Shown here: piece by piece, positions 1 through 9,583 of the stretch
Position numbering within the stretch: position 1 is the first letter of the stretch
Layout of the letters: each line of letters starts with the position of its first letter
Assembly (NCBI GenBank): GCA_964493715.1
Contig: CAZBPC010000035.1
Span: 1-30,815 of the forward strand
Source: an uncultured archaeon
Lineage (GTDB): Archaea > Asgardarchaeota > Lokiarchaeia > Sigyniarchaeales > SOKP01
Direction: 5' to 3'
DNA length: 30,815 nucleotides
Notes under the pieces: generated by a model
What the model was told of the DNA's origin: nothing
Databases searched by the model: none
Seen by the model: the letters and a program-made list of their open reading frames with translations, nothing else
Position numbers and translations under genes: made by a program

Positions 1-521
1 ACAAATCCTGTATTATGCGAAGATGTCACGCCTACGTTTTCAATATCATTAAATCTCAAACAAAATTGAGGGATTATTAATTTCTTTGCAGGAGGTTCAA
101 CTTCACCAGTAATTACATAAGGTTGAAACGCTGATATTGATGCTATAGTAAAATCTGAAGTGGGATTCCATCGAGCTACACAAGGATACCGTTTTATCGG
201 TACATATCCCCTCGGCTCGAGGATTTCGACGATTTTTTTCCAAACATCTATATATGATAACTTAACTTTCACGGGGTTATTTTTAGTGACTTGGAACCCG
301 CCTGAACAGACTGGATCTCCACAGACAGTTCTTTCTTTTAACACCGTCCAGAAAAAGGTGCCACAGCATTCACACTGTTTTCTAATATATCCTAATTTCT
401 CCAATTCTTTAGTAGGAAAATATTTATCTGGATCCTTAGAGGCAATTTTTTTAAATTCCCGTTTAAGATCCTTGTCTGTTTTGCAATCCTTTAACTGAAA
501 TACTATTTCCTTAGAAATCAT
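1..521 (-). CDS. alaS: Alanine--tRNA ligase, archaeal type (N-terminal part; runs off the window)
   Basis: Not in the ORF track. Manual translation from the ATG at 521 gives MISKEIVFQLKDC...LGYIRKQCECCGTFFWT...VCGDPVC...KRYPCVARWNPTSDFTIASISAFQPYVITGEVEPPAKKLIIPQFCLRFNDIENVGVTSSHNTGF, the archaeal AlaRS N-terminal Zn motif and catalytic motifs. Confidence 0.93.
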   Translation of the reverse strand, partial: MISKEIVFQLKDCKTDKDLKREFKKIASKDPDKYFPTKELEKLGYIRKQCECCGTFFWTVLKERTVCGDPVCSGGFQVTKNNPVKVKLSYIDVWKKIVEILEPRGYVPIKRYPCVARWNPTSDFTIASISAFQPYVITGEVEPPAKKLIIPQFCLRFNDIENVGVTSSHNTGF

Positions 522-830
522 GATACTTTAATCTAGGTAATAATGAATTATTACAGAATATAATGATTCAATTCCTAAAACAATTATGATTTTATTAAAT
601 AAATAAAATTACTCAGAACCTTGGATTAGGAATTATATAATGAAATCTTGATAAATAACTATTTTCTTTTCGAAGAGGGTCCTTTAGCCTCGCATTTTTC
701 ATTTCAATATCTTTGTAGCAATAAAAAGAATGTTTTTGACTTGTTTGTAAAGGTTTTTATTTATGAATCCCTTATTGATTCTTAACATTTCTAATCCTAT
801 TTTAAAAATAGTTAGAAGGGTGAAAATTAT

Positions 831-1139
831 ATGGTTAAAATAATGGTGGTGGGTAAATATCCGCCTCATAAAACAAATGAAATGATAAAACATTACATGA
901 CTTCAGGTAAACCAGCTTATCCCGATTATTTAAAGAAAGTAGAACATTGGGCAGCACAGGTTACTGGCAATAAATATAAAACTTACGCAGTATATGAATG
1001 TCCTGATGATAAGGTACTTGATGGATTAGCTGCTCTCTCTAAAAGATTTAATTATTATGCTTCGCTAAAGGGATACACATTCAAAATTGAGATACTTATG
1101 GATTCTGATGAAGCAATAAAGATGATGTCAGGAAAATAA
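831..1139 (+). CDS. Small hypothetical protein
   Basis: 102-aa ORF with normal composition and a GGGTGA RBS upstream of the ATG; no recognised motif. Confidence 0.75.
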   Translation: MVKIMVVGKYPPHKTNEMIKHYMTSGKPAYPDYLKKVEHWAAQVTGNKYKTYAVYECPDDKVLDGLAALSKRFNYYASLKGYTFKIEILMDSDEAIKMMSGK

Positions 1140-1249
1140 GGTAAAAATTAACATAAAAACAATTATTAGTTTTTTTCTTTTTTCGTAATTGGTAGTAAAT
1201 TTAGATAATTGGCTTTACTTTTCATTCCAAAGCAAACGAGCTTTGAAAA

Positions 1250-1702
1250 TTATTGAAACTCTAAATATTGAAGGCGTGAATACCCCTTTTTTATGAAGTC
1301 ATAATCAAGGAGTTCAATTTTGTCTGGAATAATTTTTAGGATTAGATTTCTTTTTCCTCGGACTATTTTTTGAGCATTTTCAAAATCATCATCCCCTTCT
1401 CTCAAAAAAATCAATCTTTCTTTACCTGAAGCAGTAATTTGCATCCCTTGGATTTTGCCGGTATCCATGGGGGTATAGATTCCAATGCTTACAATTGGAT
1501 TTTCTTCGATATTTTTCACTTTTCTTCCCGGGGCTAATCCTACATAAATATTAAAATTCTCTTCAGAGTTCTCCATGTAGAAATCCATTGGAGTGGCACG
1601 AGGCATGTTATTTGAACAAGTACATAAAACAAGAGCTTTTCTGGTATTTAGAAATTCGCGAATTTCTGATGTTATTTCTTTTTCAGTCATTTTTTTTGAC
1701 AA
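1250..1702 (-). CDS. Pyridoxamine 5'-phosphate oxidase-like (split-barrel flavin/F420-binding) protein
   Basis: LCT...PRATPM...RKVKNIEENPIVSI...GMQITA matches the PNPOx-like pattern; TTG start. Confidence 0.8.
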   Translation of the reverse strand: MSKKMTEKEITSEIREFLNTRKALVLCTCSNNMPRATPMDFYMENSEENFNIYVGLAPGRKVKNIEENPIVSIGIYTPMDTGKIQGMQITASGKERLIFLREGDDDFENAQKIVRGKRNLILKIIPDKIELLDYDFIKKGYSRLQYLEFQ

Positions 1703-1775
1703 TTGTAATCAACTCAATATATTATAAGAGAATATATATGATTTATGATAAAAGGTTTTAATCTTAAAAAAAAAA

Positions 1776-2582
1776 TTATGGATATGTTATTGACACTAAC
1801 AATCCTTTCATTTTGCCTATCGCACCCTTTAATCTGATCTTCTCAATTGAATTGACAATAAAGGAATTTTTGAATCTATTCTCAATCTCTTCTTTTGGAA
1901 CTATTTTGGGTCCAGATCCAAAGTATTCATTGGTACAAAACATATGAAGAGTTCCTCCTGGATTTAATAAGTTTTCAATTACTTCAGCATACCTTTCCTT
2001 ATCCTTATAAGTGAGAGAGTGATAAAGACCACAATCTATAATTGTGTCGTATTTTTGGTCAGTTTTAGGCAAATTAAAGAAATCTCTCACGAAAAAATTA
2101 GCTTCAATTCCAACTTTTTTAGCATGATCTCTTGCTTTCATGATAGCCATTTCAGAGAAATCAATACCGGTTATATCTAATCCTTGTTCTGTTAAGTAAA
2201 TTACATTTGCACCGGTTCCACATCCGACGTCAAGAATCTTGCCACTCAAACCTGATTCAAATAATTTTTTAACGAATGACCTGGGTTCACTATCCTCCCA
2301 GGGAGGCATGCCCATATATCTTCGATTAAAATAATCTTTATCATATTCCAGTTGCTTCATTTCAAAAATGAAATTATTCAAATTATATATTGTTTCATAA
2401 ATAATTTCTAATCCCGGGCTAGCGTAGTTTAAATCTTCGATTTTATTAAGTACACGGTCGAGTTCTTTAATAAGCTCGACTACGTTATTATCTGTTTTTA
2501 AAAAACTTTTTGATGGAGGTTTTTCAAGTACAATATGATTTTTTTTAACTACTTTTTCTATTTCAATTTGGTTTACGTTCAT
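1776..2582 (-). CDS. Class I SAM-dependent methyltransferase with N-terminal helical extension
   Basis: Motif I ILDVGCGTG, GIDFS, YDTIIDCGLYHSL, LLNPGG; PPWE before the domain. Confidence 0.9.
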   Translation of the reverse strand: MNVNQIEIEKVVKKNHIVLEKPPSKSFLKTDNNVVELIKELDRVLNKIEDLNYASPGLEIIYETIYNLNNFIFEMKQLEYDKDYFNRRYMGMPPWEDSEPRSFVKKLFESGLSGKILDVGCGTGANVIYLTEQGLDITGIDFSEMAIMKARDHAKKVGIEANFFVRDFFNLPKTDQKYDTIIDCGLYHSLTYKDKERYAEVIENLLNPGGTLHMFCTNEYFGSGPKIVPKEEIENRFKNSFIVNSIEKIRLKGAIGKMKGLLVSITYP

Positions 2583-2801
2583 TTATTTCACCCTATAAAA
2601 TTCATTTCGGTACATATTAATTCAGTTTCGATGTATTTCTAGTTTAAAATCATAGAATAAAAAGAGATTTTGAAACTTTGATTGGCCTAAGAAAATGATA
2701 ATATGAATGCCATGGATAAAACAATCATATAAGACTTTAGAAAGTATGAAAAATGAAGAAGTAAAACGTCTCAGCAAGTATAGTTAAATTCCAAATTTAT
2801 T

Positions 2802-3944
2802 TTATAGATGGCTTAAATTAGATTGGGGAAATTCAGAATTATCAGCTGCAGCTTGAACATATGGTGAAATTGGTCCTCGACCTAACGCCATAATCCTAAT
2901 TTTTGATCCAAGTGTTGGGTTCAATGAAGTACCAAATTTAAGAGATGCTTTTTCAGGGATTTCGCTTGAAATTGCCGAAATTATTTTATCAATTTTTGAT
3001 AAAGCTAATTGATGATTTCCAGATACGGAAACAATACAATTATCAACTTTCCTGGGATCTGTTTCCAATAAAGGATTATTCAGAGCTAATTTTGCTTTTT
3101 GTATCAAATCTATTTCTTCTCCTAAAGATTCGGTAATTCCTATCAATCCAGAAGGTATATTCCCTTGTTTTTCAAGAACTTTTTTAACATCTGCATAATC
3201 AATATTTATCAAGCCACAATTATTAATTAAGCTAAGAATCTCGCGCATACACCTAATCAACACTTCATCCATTATTTTAAAACCTGTAAGAATAGGAAGT
3301 TTTTGATTAAATCTCAAAAGATTATCATTAGGTATAGGAATCAGAGTATCTACGTTTTTTAATAGATTAGTTAATCCTGTTTTTGCTCTAGTAAGTCTTT
3401 CTTTGCCTTCTGAGGAAAACGGAATTGAACAGAATGCAACTACGATCGCATTATTTTTTTTTGCCTCTCTCGCGATTATTGGAGCTGCTCCGGTACCTGT
3501 ACCTCCTCCAAGGCCAAATGTTATAAAAACGACGTCAGAATTTAGAACTTCAGATAATCTATCGACATCTTCCTCTGCTGCATCAGTCCCGATGCTAGGA
3601 TCATTTCCTGAGCCCAATCCATTACATTTATCCTTCCCAATTAATAATTTTTGCTTTGCATTTGAGTAATACAAATCATGGGCATCAGTATTAATATTTA
3701 AAGTTTGAATTTCAGAGATACCGACATCACTCATTCGTGATACCGTATTATTACCTGCTCCACCTACTCCAACTACCAGAGATTTTATTTTGATTACTTT
3801 TAGCAGCTTCGATAAATACTCATCATTATCTAAATTAGAACCTCGGTTTAAAGCTTGATTTTGCCTAGCAATATCATTAAAACGAGACCGAACTGAAATT
3901 CTTGATTCAGCAATATCACTTAAATCATATTTTTTATCTGTCAA
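2802..3944 (-). CDS. ftsZ: Cell division GTPase FtsZ family protein
   Basis: VVGVGGAGNN, INTDAHDL, GLGSGNDP, signature GLGGGTGTGAAP, PFSSEG, IPNDNL, T7 loop GLINIDYADV. Confidence 0.93.
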   Translation of the reverse strand: MTDKKYDLSDIAESRISVRSRFNDIARQNQALNRGSNLDNDEYLSKLLKVIKIKSLVVGVGGAGNNTVSRMSDVGISEIQTLNINTDAHDLYYSNAKQKLLIGKDKCNGLGSGNDPSIGTDAAEEDVDRLSEVLNSDVVFITFGLGGGTGTGAAPIIAREAKKNNAIVVAFCSIPFSSEGKERLTRAKTGLTNLLKNVDTLIPIPNDNLLRFNQKLPILTGFKIMDEVLIRCMREILSLINNCGLINIDYADVKKVLEKQGNIPSGLIGITESLGEEIDLIQKAKLALNNPLLETDPRKVDNCIVSVSGNHQLALSKIDKIISAISSEIPEKASLKFGTSLNPTLGSKIRIMALGRGPISPYVQAAADNSEFPQSNLSHL

Positions 3945-4166
3945 TATAGCAGCATTCCATGAGTATAAATCAATCTATAATATGAGTATTATATCTGAAT
4001 AATATAAGCAAGTAATATGGTTGTAATATCTTCTTAACATTTATGTATGAATTTTAATTTTAATCGTGAGTTTTCTCATTATTCGCTCGAATATTATGAA
4101 AAATGATCATAGAATTAAATTTATAAGATTGAACTTTCATTATCTTTTTGAGAGGATTTTTCGAAC

Positions 4167-4406
4167 ATGGAGATTAAATACAATAACGAAAGGGGCAGCC
4201 AACCGATCACTTCAGAATCGAGTGACAACCTAATTAAAGTTAGAGCTATTATTAGTTGTCCTACTTGCACATATAATAAAAAGTTCAAAAATCAATTTTC
4301 TCGTGAAGATTTAGAGTTAATGGTAGTAACGTTAAAAATATTCGATTGGATGGTTTGTAGTAAGTGTGGAGATTTATTGAATTTGACTTTAGAATTTAAT
4401 ATTTAA
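4167..4406 (+). CDS. Small C4 zinc-ribbon protein
   Basis: 79 aa with CPTC and CSKC pairs; GAGGA upstream; stop overlaps the convergent EndoQ-family stop by 4 nt. Confidence 0.7.
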   Translation: MEIKYNNERGSQPITSESSDNLIKVRAIISCPTCTYNKKFKNQFSREDLELMVVTLKIFDWMVCSKCGDLLNLTLEFNI

Positions 4407-5716
4407 TCTATTTCAAGCTTGATATGACCATATGTTCCCCCTCCTCCTGGTGCGTACTCAATCTCTTTTTTTCTCATCGCTATTATAACCGTCGCTAAAT
4501 CAGTATTTTCTTGTTTAATACTTTCTATCGGTTCATCAAATAATAATGAAAATTCTGTTCCAAACTTTGTAATTAGCGAATTATAAAGATTGATAATTGT
4601 TATACTTGATGAACTTTTAATTTTTTTTATAGATCGAAGAATATCGAATAATGGTATTGCGTTAATATATGGAGGGCGATGTGGGGGATGAATTGGTTTT
4701 TCTTGTGTAGCAATTAGTTCGATGCGTTCGCTTACGCCTAGTTTGATCTTATAATTTTTTTTTATTTCTTCCTTACAAGCTGGACAGATTATTTTTTCAT
4801 TAGATACATTTCTAATATATTCAATTTTAGTTTTTTGTGGATCTTGAACTGAATAAGTTATGAAATCATCTGAAATTTTATAATTATTTAGAAAAAGATC
4901 ATTTTTGTTGGTTGATTTTGAAAAAAGAATTCTTCTCCTGCATTTATTACAAAACATATTATAATATTTACCTAGTTTGGGGTGCAATCCAACATTTAAT
5001 GCGACTTTTCGATCATTTTTTCTCGTGAGTGCTAATAGAATTTCTTCGAAGGAAGGAGATTCAATTTCGAATTTATTAAATTCTCTACCTAAAGATCGGG
5101 ATCCTTCTGAATGTGCATCACTATTACTTAAGAAAGTAATACTATTTAATGAATTCAAGCGATCAGCTAATTCAGTATTTGCAGATAACCCCAATTCTAG
5201 AAAGAGAACTTTTTTCCAAGAATCTTGGTAACACTCTTGAATTGTTTTATATTTATTTTGTCGAAAGATAGCTTTAAATGGGGTAAAGGCATGAGCTGGC
5301 CCTAATATTGCTCCTGAATTATCAATTTTATCAACTAATTCTGCTGGAGACAAATTTATTCGGGGTCGGCCGCCCCATTCACCGTATATGTTTTTTGAAT
5401 GTGGAGCTAAGCATTTTTGGACTTCGAGAACACTCTGAAAGTCGGGAAACAGAATAACGTGATGGATATTTTCTTCATCTTCTATTTCAGACTGTAAGAT
5501 GAAAAAGGTATTTTTGTAAGAGAATGAACGATCTTCATTTTTAGTTAAATTTTGTTCTACGTATTTAAACCAATTAGGTTGTAAGATATCTCCAGTTCCG
5601 AGGATATTTAGACCTTTCTTTCGACTTGTCTCAATCATAGTATCTAGATTTAATGATCTGGAGACAGCAATAGAGTGAGGAGAGTGAATGTGAAGATCAG
5701 CATTAAAGAATTCCAT
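4403..5716 (-). CDS. Endonuclease Q / TIGR00375-family PHP-domain protein
   Basis: ADLHIHSPHS, GTGD, GPAHAFTP, ELGLSA, SNSDAHS, LGREFN, LGKYY-CNKC...CPAC, GVSERI, HPPHRPPY, PGGGGTYG. Confidence 0.88.
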   Translation of the reverse strand: MEFFNADLHIHSPHSIAVSRSLNLDTMIETSRKKGLNILGTGDILQPNWFKYVEQNLTKNEDRSFSYKNTFFILQSEIEDEENIHHVILFPDFQSVLEVQKCLAPHSKNIYGEWGGRPRINLSPAELVDKIDNSGAILGPAHAFTPFKAIFRQNKYKTIQECYQDSWKKVLFLELGLSANTELADRLNSLNSITFLSNSDAHSEGSRSLGREFNKFEIESPSFEEILLALTRKNDRKVALNVGLHPKLGKYYNMFCNKCRRRILFSKSTNKNDLFLNNYKISDDFITYSVQDPQKTKIEYIRNVSNEKIICPACKEEIKKNYKIKLGVSERIELIATQEKPIHPPHRPPYINAIPLFDILRSIKKIKSSSSITIINLYNSLITKFGTEFSLLFDEPIESIKQENTDLATVIIAMRKKEIEYAPGGGGTYGHIKLEID

Positions 5717-5771
5717 ATAAATTTAAAAATACAATAGCATATAAAGTTTAATTTAAAGTATATAAATATCC

Positions 5772-6791
5772 TTAACTTTCTAAATTTTTATAACATTCAA
5801 TCATATAGATTTTTACGTCATCGTCTGATGGATCCAATTCATTTACTCTCTTAAAATAGGCTAAAGCTTTCTCATGCTCTTTATATGTATCACAATATAT
5901 CTTTCCTAATTTTTTCAAAGATGTAATATTATCAGCATCAATTTCAAGGGCTTTTTGGTAAAATTTTATTGCCGTTTCAAAATCCTCTAATGCGTAATAA
6001 CTAAAACCAATATTATCATATAATACTGGATCATCCTGTTCAAATTTAATTGCTTCTTCATAACATTCTACAGATTCCTTGTATTGTTCGTTGAATGTAT
6101 AAGCTAAACCTAAATTATTCCAGGCTTCGACGTATTGAGGGTTAATCTTGACCGCTTGTTGATATGATTCAATGGCTAAAGCATAGTTCGATTGATCATA
6201 TGCGACATCTCCTAAGTCACACCAAAATTCAGCATTTTCAGGCTCTAATTCTAATGCTTTTTGATAATAATAAATAGATTTTTCATAGTTTTTTTTATCA
6301 TAATAGACGATCGCTAAATTATTGTACAATAATGGTTCGTCTGGGTTAATTTTAATTGCTTTTTCATAGCATTCTATTGCTTTATCATAATTTTCTAAAT
6401 CTCGATATATGAGAGCGATGCTGTTCCATATATCTGTATAACTAGGTTCATATTCTAGGGCTTTCATGTATTTTTCTATTGCTTTATCAAATTCTCCTTT
6501 ATCCTCATAAGCAAAACCCATATTAAAAAAAGCAATTCCATCTTCAGGATCAATCTCAATAGCGCGTTGAAAACACTCAATCGCTTTATCGTACTGCCCT
6601 TTCATTGAATAACCTAGTCCAAGATTATTCCAAACCTCAGAAAAATAAGGATTTAAATTTATGGCTTTATTATATGATTCTATTGCGCCATCGATATTAT
6701 TTGAGTCGTAATAGGCATCTCCTAAATTAATCCAACCATCTGCGTCATTGGGATCTAACTCGACATGTTTCTTATAGCGTTCGATCATCAA
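5772..6791 (-). CDS. Tetratricopeptide repeat protein (about 9 TPRs)
   Basis: Repeated 34-aa units of the form W-x-N-L-G...Y-D-K-A-I-E-x-Y-x-K-A-I-x-I-N-P. Confidence 0.93.
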   Translation of the reverse strand: MMIERYKKHVELDPNDADGWINLGDAYYDSNNIDGAIESYNKAINLNPYFSEVWNNLGLGYSMKGQYDKAIECFQRAIEIDPEDGIAFFNMGFAYEDKGEFDKAIEKYMKALEYEPSYTDIWNSIALIYRDLENYDKAIECYEKAIKINPDEPLLYNNLAIVYYDKKNYEKSIYYYQKALELEPENAEFWCDLGDVAYDQSNYALAIESYQQAVKINPQYVEAWNNLGLAYTFNEQYKESVECYEEAIKFEQDDPVLYDNIGFSYYALEDFETAIKFYQKALEIDADNITSLKKLGKIYCDTYKEHEKALAYFKRVNELDPSDDDVKIYMIECYKNLES

Positions 6792-6825
6792 TAAATCTGA
6801 TAATGATTGATTATTTTTTATTTTT

Positions 6826-7860
6826 TCAGTCTATGATTATCATTTTATCGAGAGTTTGATCAGTTAATAGTATTCGATAAAATTCTGAATCTTTATAATT
6901 TACTTTTTCGATTTTTCCTTCAACTAGAACCTTTTCTCCATCTTTTGCTTGTTCACAAAAACGTCCTCTATAGGAATTGATTTGAGTTATTTTATTCATC
7001 TGATTTTTAATGTTTATATCACTTACCAAAACCTTAGAGCATTTTATTTTATATGAACAAGGGGTAAATATAGAATAAGTTGAATCCACTATCTCTGCTT
7101 TCAGAGATATTCTCCCCATATTTTTATATTGATAGTCATAATAGTCTCCTTCCCAATCTTTCGGACTTTTAATATATCGAATGAAAAAGTCAATACCTTG
7201 ATATTTTCCTTGATGAAGTTTTCGTTGTTCAGTTTTTAGAAAGTCTTGAAATAGTATACCTGAGCCTCCTACACGCCAATCGTAGTGTTTCTTATATTCA
7301 TCCAAATTATAATTTCTGATATGCTTGTTTTTTTTGACGATATTTTGTAGCTTCTCCTGAAATTTTACGCTTGCTTGAGTTCCATAGAGAATTATATCAA
7401 TATCAGATTTCTCCGTATTTAAACCTATCATTGGAGAACCAGTTATTCCTATCTGGTCTTCAGAAATATTTCCTTGATTAATAAATAATCTACATAATTC
7501 TTTTGATAAATTTTCAATTTCGGTTAAATCTTGTTTGGCATTTACCTTTTTAAAATAATTTCTTGGGGAATATATCATTTTAATATCTTCATTTTTTACG
7601 CATTGAAGGATCATATCCATTTCTTTGGAGAAAAATGAATATTGAGGATATTTTTCATTAATAATTGCGTATCTTTGTTGAAGATCATAAATTTTAGAGT
7701 ATGATATTCCATATCTAACACGATCTCCCTCAACATCAGGAATGAATCTTAAATAACAAATTTTTCGATCATTAGGATGATGTAATCCTTTCACGTCAAA
7801 AAAAAGATGGTCTTCCTTGGTTTCTACATAATCTCCTTCAATTCCTATTGGAATCTCCAT
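6826..7860 (-). CDS. Archaeal Pol-beta-superfamily nucleotidyltransferase (COG1665-like) with C-terminal OB-like domain
   Basis: GITGSPMIGL...SDIDIILYG (hG[GS]...DxD motif); N-terminal FDVKGLHHP-DR...YLRF; C-terminal SYRGRFCEQAKDGEKVLVEGKIE. Confidence 0.78.
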   Translation of the reverse strand: MEIPIGIEGDYVETKEDHLFFDVKGLHHPNDRKICYLRFIPDVEGDRVRYGISYSKIYDLQQRYAIINEKYPQYSFFSKEMDMILQCVKNEDIKMIYSPRNYFKKVNAKQDLTEIENLSKELCRLFINQGNISEDQIGITGSPMIGLNTEKSDIDIILYGTQASVKFQEKLQNIVKKNKHIRNYNLDEYKKHYDWRVGGSGILFQDFLKTEQRKLHQGKYQGIDFFIRYIKSPKDWEGDYYDYQYKNMGRISLKAEIVDSTYSIFTPCSYKIKCSKVLVSDINIKNQMNKITQINSYRGRFCEQAKDGEKVLVEGKIEKVNYKDSEFYRILLTDQTLDKMIIID

Positions 7861-7899
7861 AAAAATCTCCTAATTGGTTAATAATTTAATAATAATAAT

Positions 7900-9003
7900 T
7901 TAATATTTTGAAGGAGTTTTTGATTTTATTTTTGATTTTGGTGGAATCTTCGCCCTCATTAGAGATTTTTCAAGCTGTTTTTTTTCACTTAAAAAGCGAG
8001 CTTTATCTTTTTCAAGTTTTTCTCTTTCTCTCTTTATTGCATTCTTTTCATCATTTATATTGGACTTTTCTTTTGCTAATGATCTTTCAGAATCTCTGAT
8101 TTCTGACGCAATTTTTGCTCTTTGGTTGTCCAAACGTTTGATCTCTGAGTTTAATTTTTTTATTTTATCTTCTGAGTCCTTTATCTTATTTTGATTGGAG
8201 TAGAATTGATTTTCGTATTTTGGAATCTTATTATCTAGTTCTTTAATCCTTGAATTAAGATTTGATTTTTTTCTTTCCAATGATTTTAAATCCTCCTGAG
8301 ATTTATTTCTCTCTTTGTCTAAATTTTCACGCTTTTTTTCAACATCTCGAGCCAAAGATTTTAATTCGGTTTTTTTAATTCGATTTTTGTCTCTTTCTTC
8401 AAGTAATTTCTTTTTCTCCTCTTTAATCCTATTTTTTTCATCAGAAATATTTCTATTCAAATCATTAATTTCTCTTTTGAGGTTATCCCTAATTCTTGTT
8501 AAATCATTTACTTCATTCCTTAAATCCATTAATCTATCTTCTAAATTGTTGATCGTTCTTTCAATGGCACTTTCTCTTCTTTCCATACCTGGGAGTTTTG
8601 TTTTAATCTGTTCTATCCGGTCTTCTACCTTTTCTTTTTCGATTCTCAGATCTTCTTTCTCTTGATCAATATTTTCTTTGATTCTTTCCAATTTTTGTTT
8701 ATATTGTTTGCTTTTTTTAATATCATCATTAATTTTTTCCAAATCCCCTTTTAGGTTTTCATTTTGTTCGGTTAGATTTCTAAGTTCGAATTCTTTTTCT
8801 TTTCTCTTCTTTTCAATATTTTCAATATCGGTGTCATAATCTTGAAGTTTTTTCACAACTTTTTCCCATTCCTCTTTTTCTCTATTTAATTTAATTCTCT
8901 CCTCTTTTATTTTCCTAAGTAATTTTGGATCTGATAATTCACTTGACTCGTCATCAGGCGTTTTTTCTCGAATTTGGTGTTTGGGAATAGGTTTTTCATC
9001 CAT
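7900..9003 (-). CDS. Long coiled-coil protein
   Basis: About 320 aa of continuous K/E/R/L-rich heptads with short Pro-containing ends; no Walker A motif or TM segment. Confidence 0.8.
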   Translation of the reverse strand: MDEKPIPKHQIREKTPDDESSELSDPKLLRKIKEERIKLNREKEEWEKVVKKLQDYDTDIENIEKKRKEKEFELRNLTEQNENLKGDLEKINDDIKKSKQYKQKLERIKENIDQEKEDLRIEKEKVEDRIEQIKTKLPGMERRESAIERTINNLEDRLMDLRNEVNDLTRIRDNLKREINDLNRNISDEKNRIKEEKKKLLEERDKNRIKKTELKSLARDVEKKRENLDKERNKSQEDLKSLERKKSNLNSRIKELDNKIPKYENQFYSNQNKIKDSEDKIKKLNSEIKRLDNQRAKIASEIRDSERSLAKEKSNINDEKNAIKREREKLEKDKARFLSEKKQLEKSLMRAKIPPKSKIKSKTPSKY

Positions 9004-9156
9004 TTTTTTTACACAGTTTTTATTTTTATATTATTGTTATATAAAAACAAATTCTAAAGTATTTGCTATTCATGAATTTGAATTTGTATTATTTTTATAT
9101 ATTATAAATTCCATTAATTTCTTACAGATTAACAACTATGAATTTGGTTTTTAATA

Positions 9157-9576
9157 ATGGATTTTGATGAAGAATTCGATGATGAATTTGACGAAGATTT
9201 CGATGAAGATCTTGACGAGGATTTAAGTGAGGATTCAGAGGATTTAAATGTACCAGCAGATAAAAAAACTCTTGATGAAGAACCTAAATCTAAAGCTCCA
9301 AGCCTCACCCCTGGAGGAGAAAAAATATCTGTATTTTTTATGTCAACTATAGGGCCCGGTGAGAAAAAACAGAAATTATTAGTAAACACCGGAAATACTT
9401 CAGGAGCAATAAAAGAAACCGTAGCTAATATTTTTGGATTAGATCCAAATGATTTTCATTTATCTACAGGGGGAGTGACATTAGATGAAATGTCTACGCT
9501 AAGAGATTATGATATTAAAGATGGCGATGATATCTTATTAATTCCGGCGAGCACTGCTGGTTTATATTTTATATAA
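9157..9576 (+). CDS. Ubiquitin-like (beta-grasp) protein 1, long acidic N-terminal tail, C-terminus -PASTAG-LYFI
   Basis: Ubiquitin-like pattern IKETVANIFGLDP..FHLSTGGVTLDEMSTLRDYDIKDGDDILLI (compare ubiquitin [23 protein letters not shown]); 52/81 identical to 11402..11737 by manual alignment. Confidence 0.85.
   Translation: MDFDEEFDDEFDEDFDEDLDEDLSEDSEDLNVPADKKTLDEEPKSKAPSLTPGGEKISVFFMSTIGPGEKKQKLLVNTGNTSGAIKETVANIFGLDPNDFHLSTGGVTLDEMSTLRDYDIKDGDDILLIPASTAGLYFI
9160..9231 (+). repeat. Six imperfect 12-bp tandem repeats encoding [DE][FL][DS][DE]
   Basis: gattttgatgaa gaattcgatgat gaatttgacgaa gatttcgatgaa gatcttgacgag gatttaagtgag = DFDE EFDD EFDE DFDE DLDE DLSE. Confidence 0.8.
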
Positions 9577-9583
9577 TTTAAAT

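Noticed and set aside
160-498. 112-aa plus-strand ORF from the track
   Set aside because: It is the antisense shadow of the alaS frame on the minus strand.
2660-2790. Short plus-strand frame MPWIKQSYKTLESMKNEEVKRLSKYS between the methyltransferase and ftsZ
   Set aside because: It is only 26 codons, with no RBS or recognisable motif; it may be a remnant but is unsupported.
7900-9003. SMC/Rad50 or ESCRT-III/PspA assignment for the coiled-coil protein
   Set aside because: It has no Walker motifs, hinge or zinc hook, and is too long and uniform to call ESCRT-III by eye.
9060-9092. Third copy of the 27-bp element near Ubl1 (ATTCATGAAT palindrome; AAATTCAAATTCAT on the minus strand)
   Set aside because: The match is only partial in very AT-rich DNA and cannot be distinguished from chance.
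9160-9231. CRISPR-like or non-coding repeat array
   Set aside because: The repeats are 12 bp, spacer-less, degenerate at synonymous positions and in frame within a CDS.
9129-9389. Ser-rich minus-strand ORF and the other short antisense or overlapping ORFs in the track (e.g. 699..893, 3403..3669, 8315..8665, 13315..13545, 26717..26995, 29966..30544)
   Set aside because: They overlap well-supported genes and have the composition expected of shadow frames.
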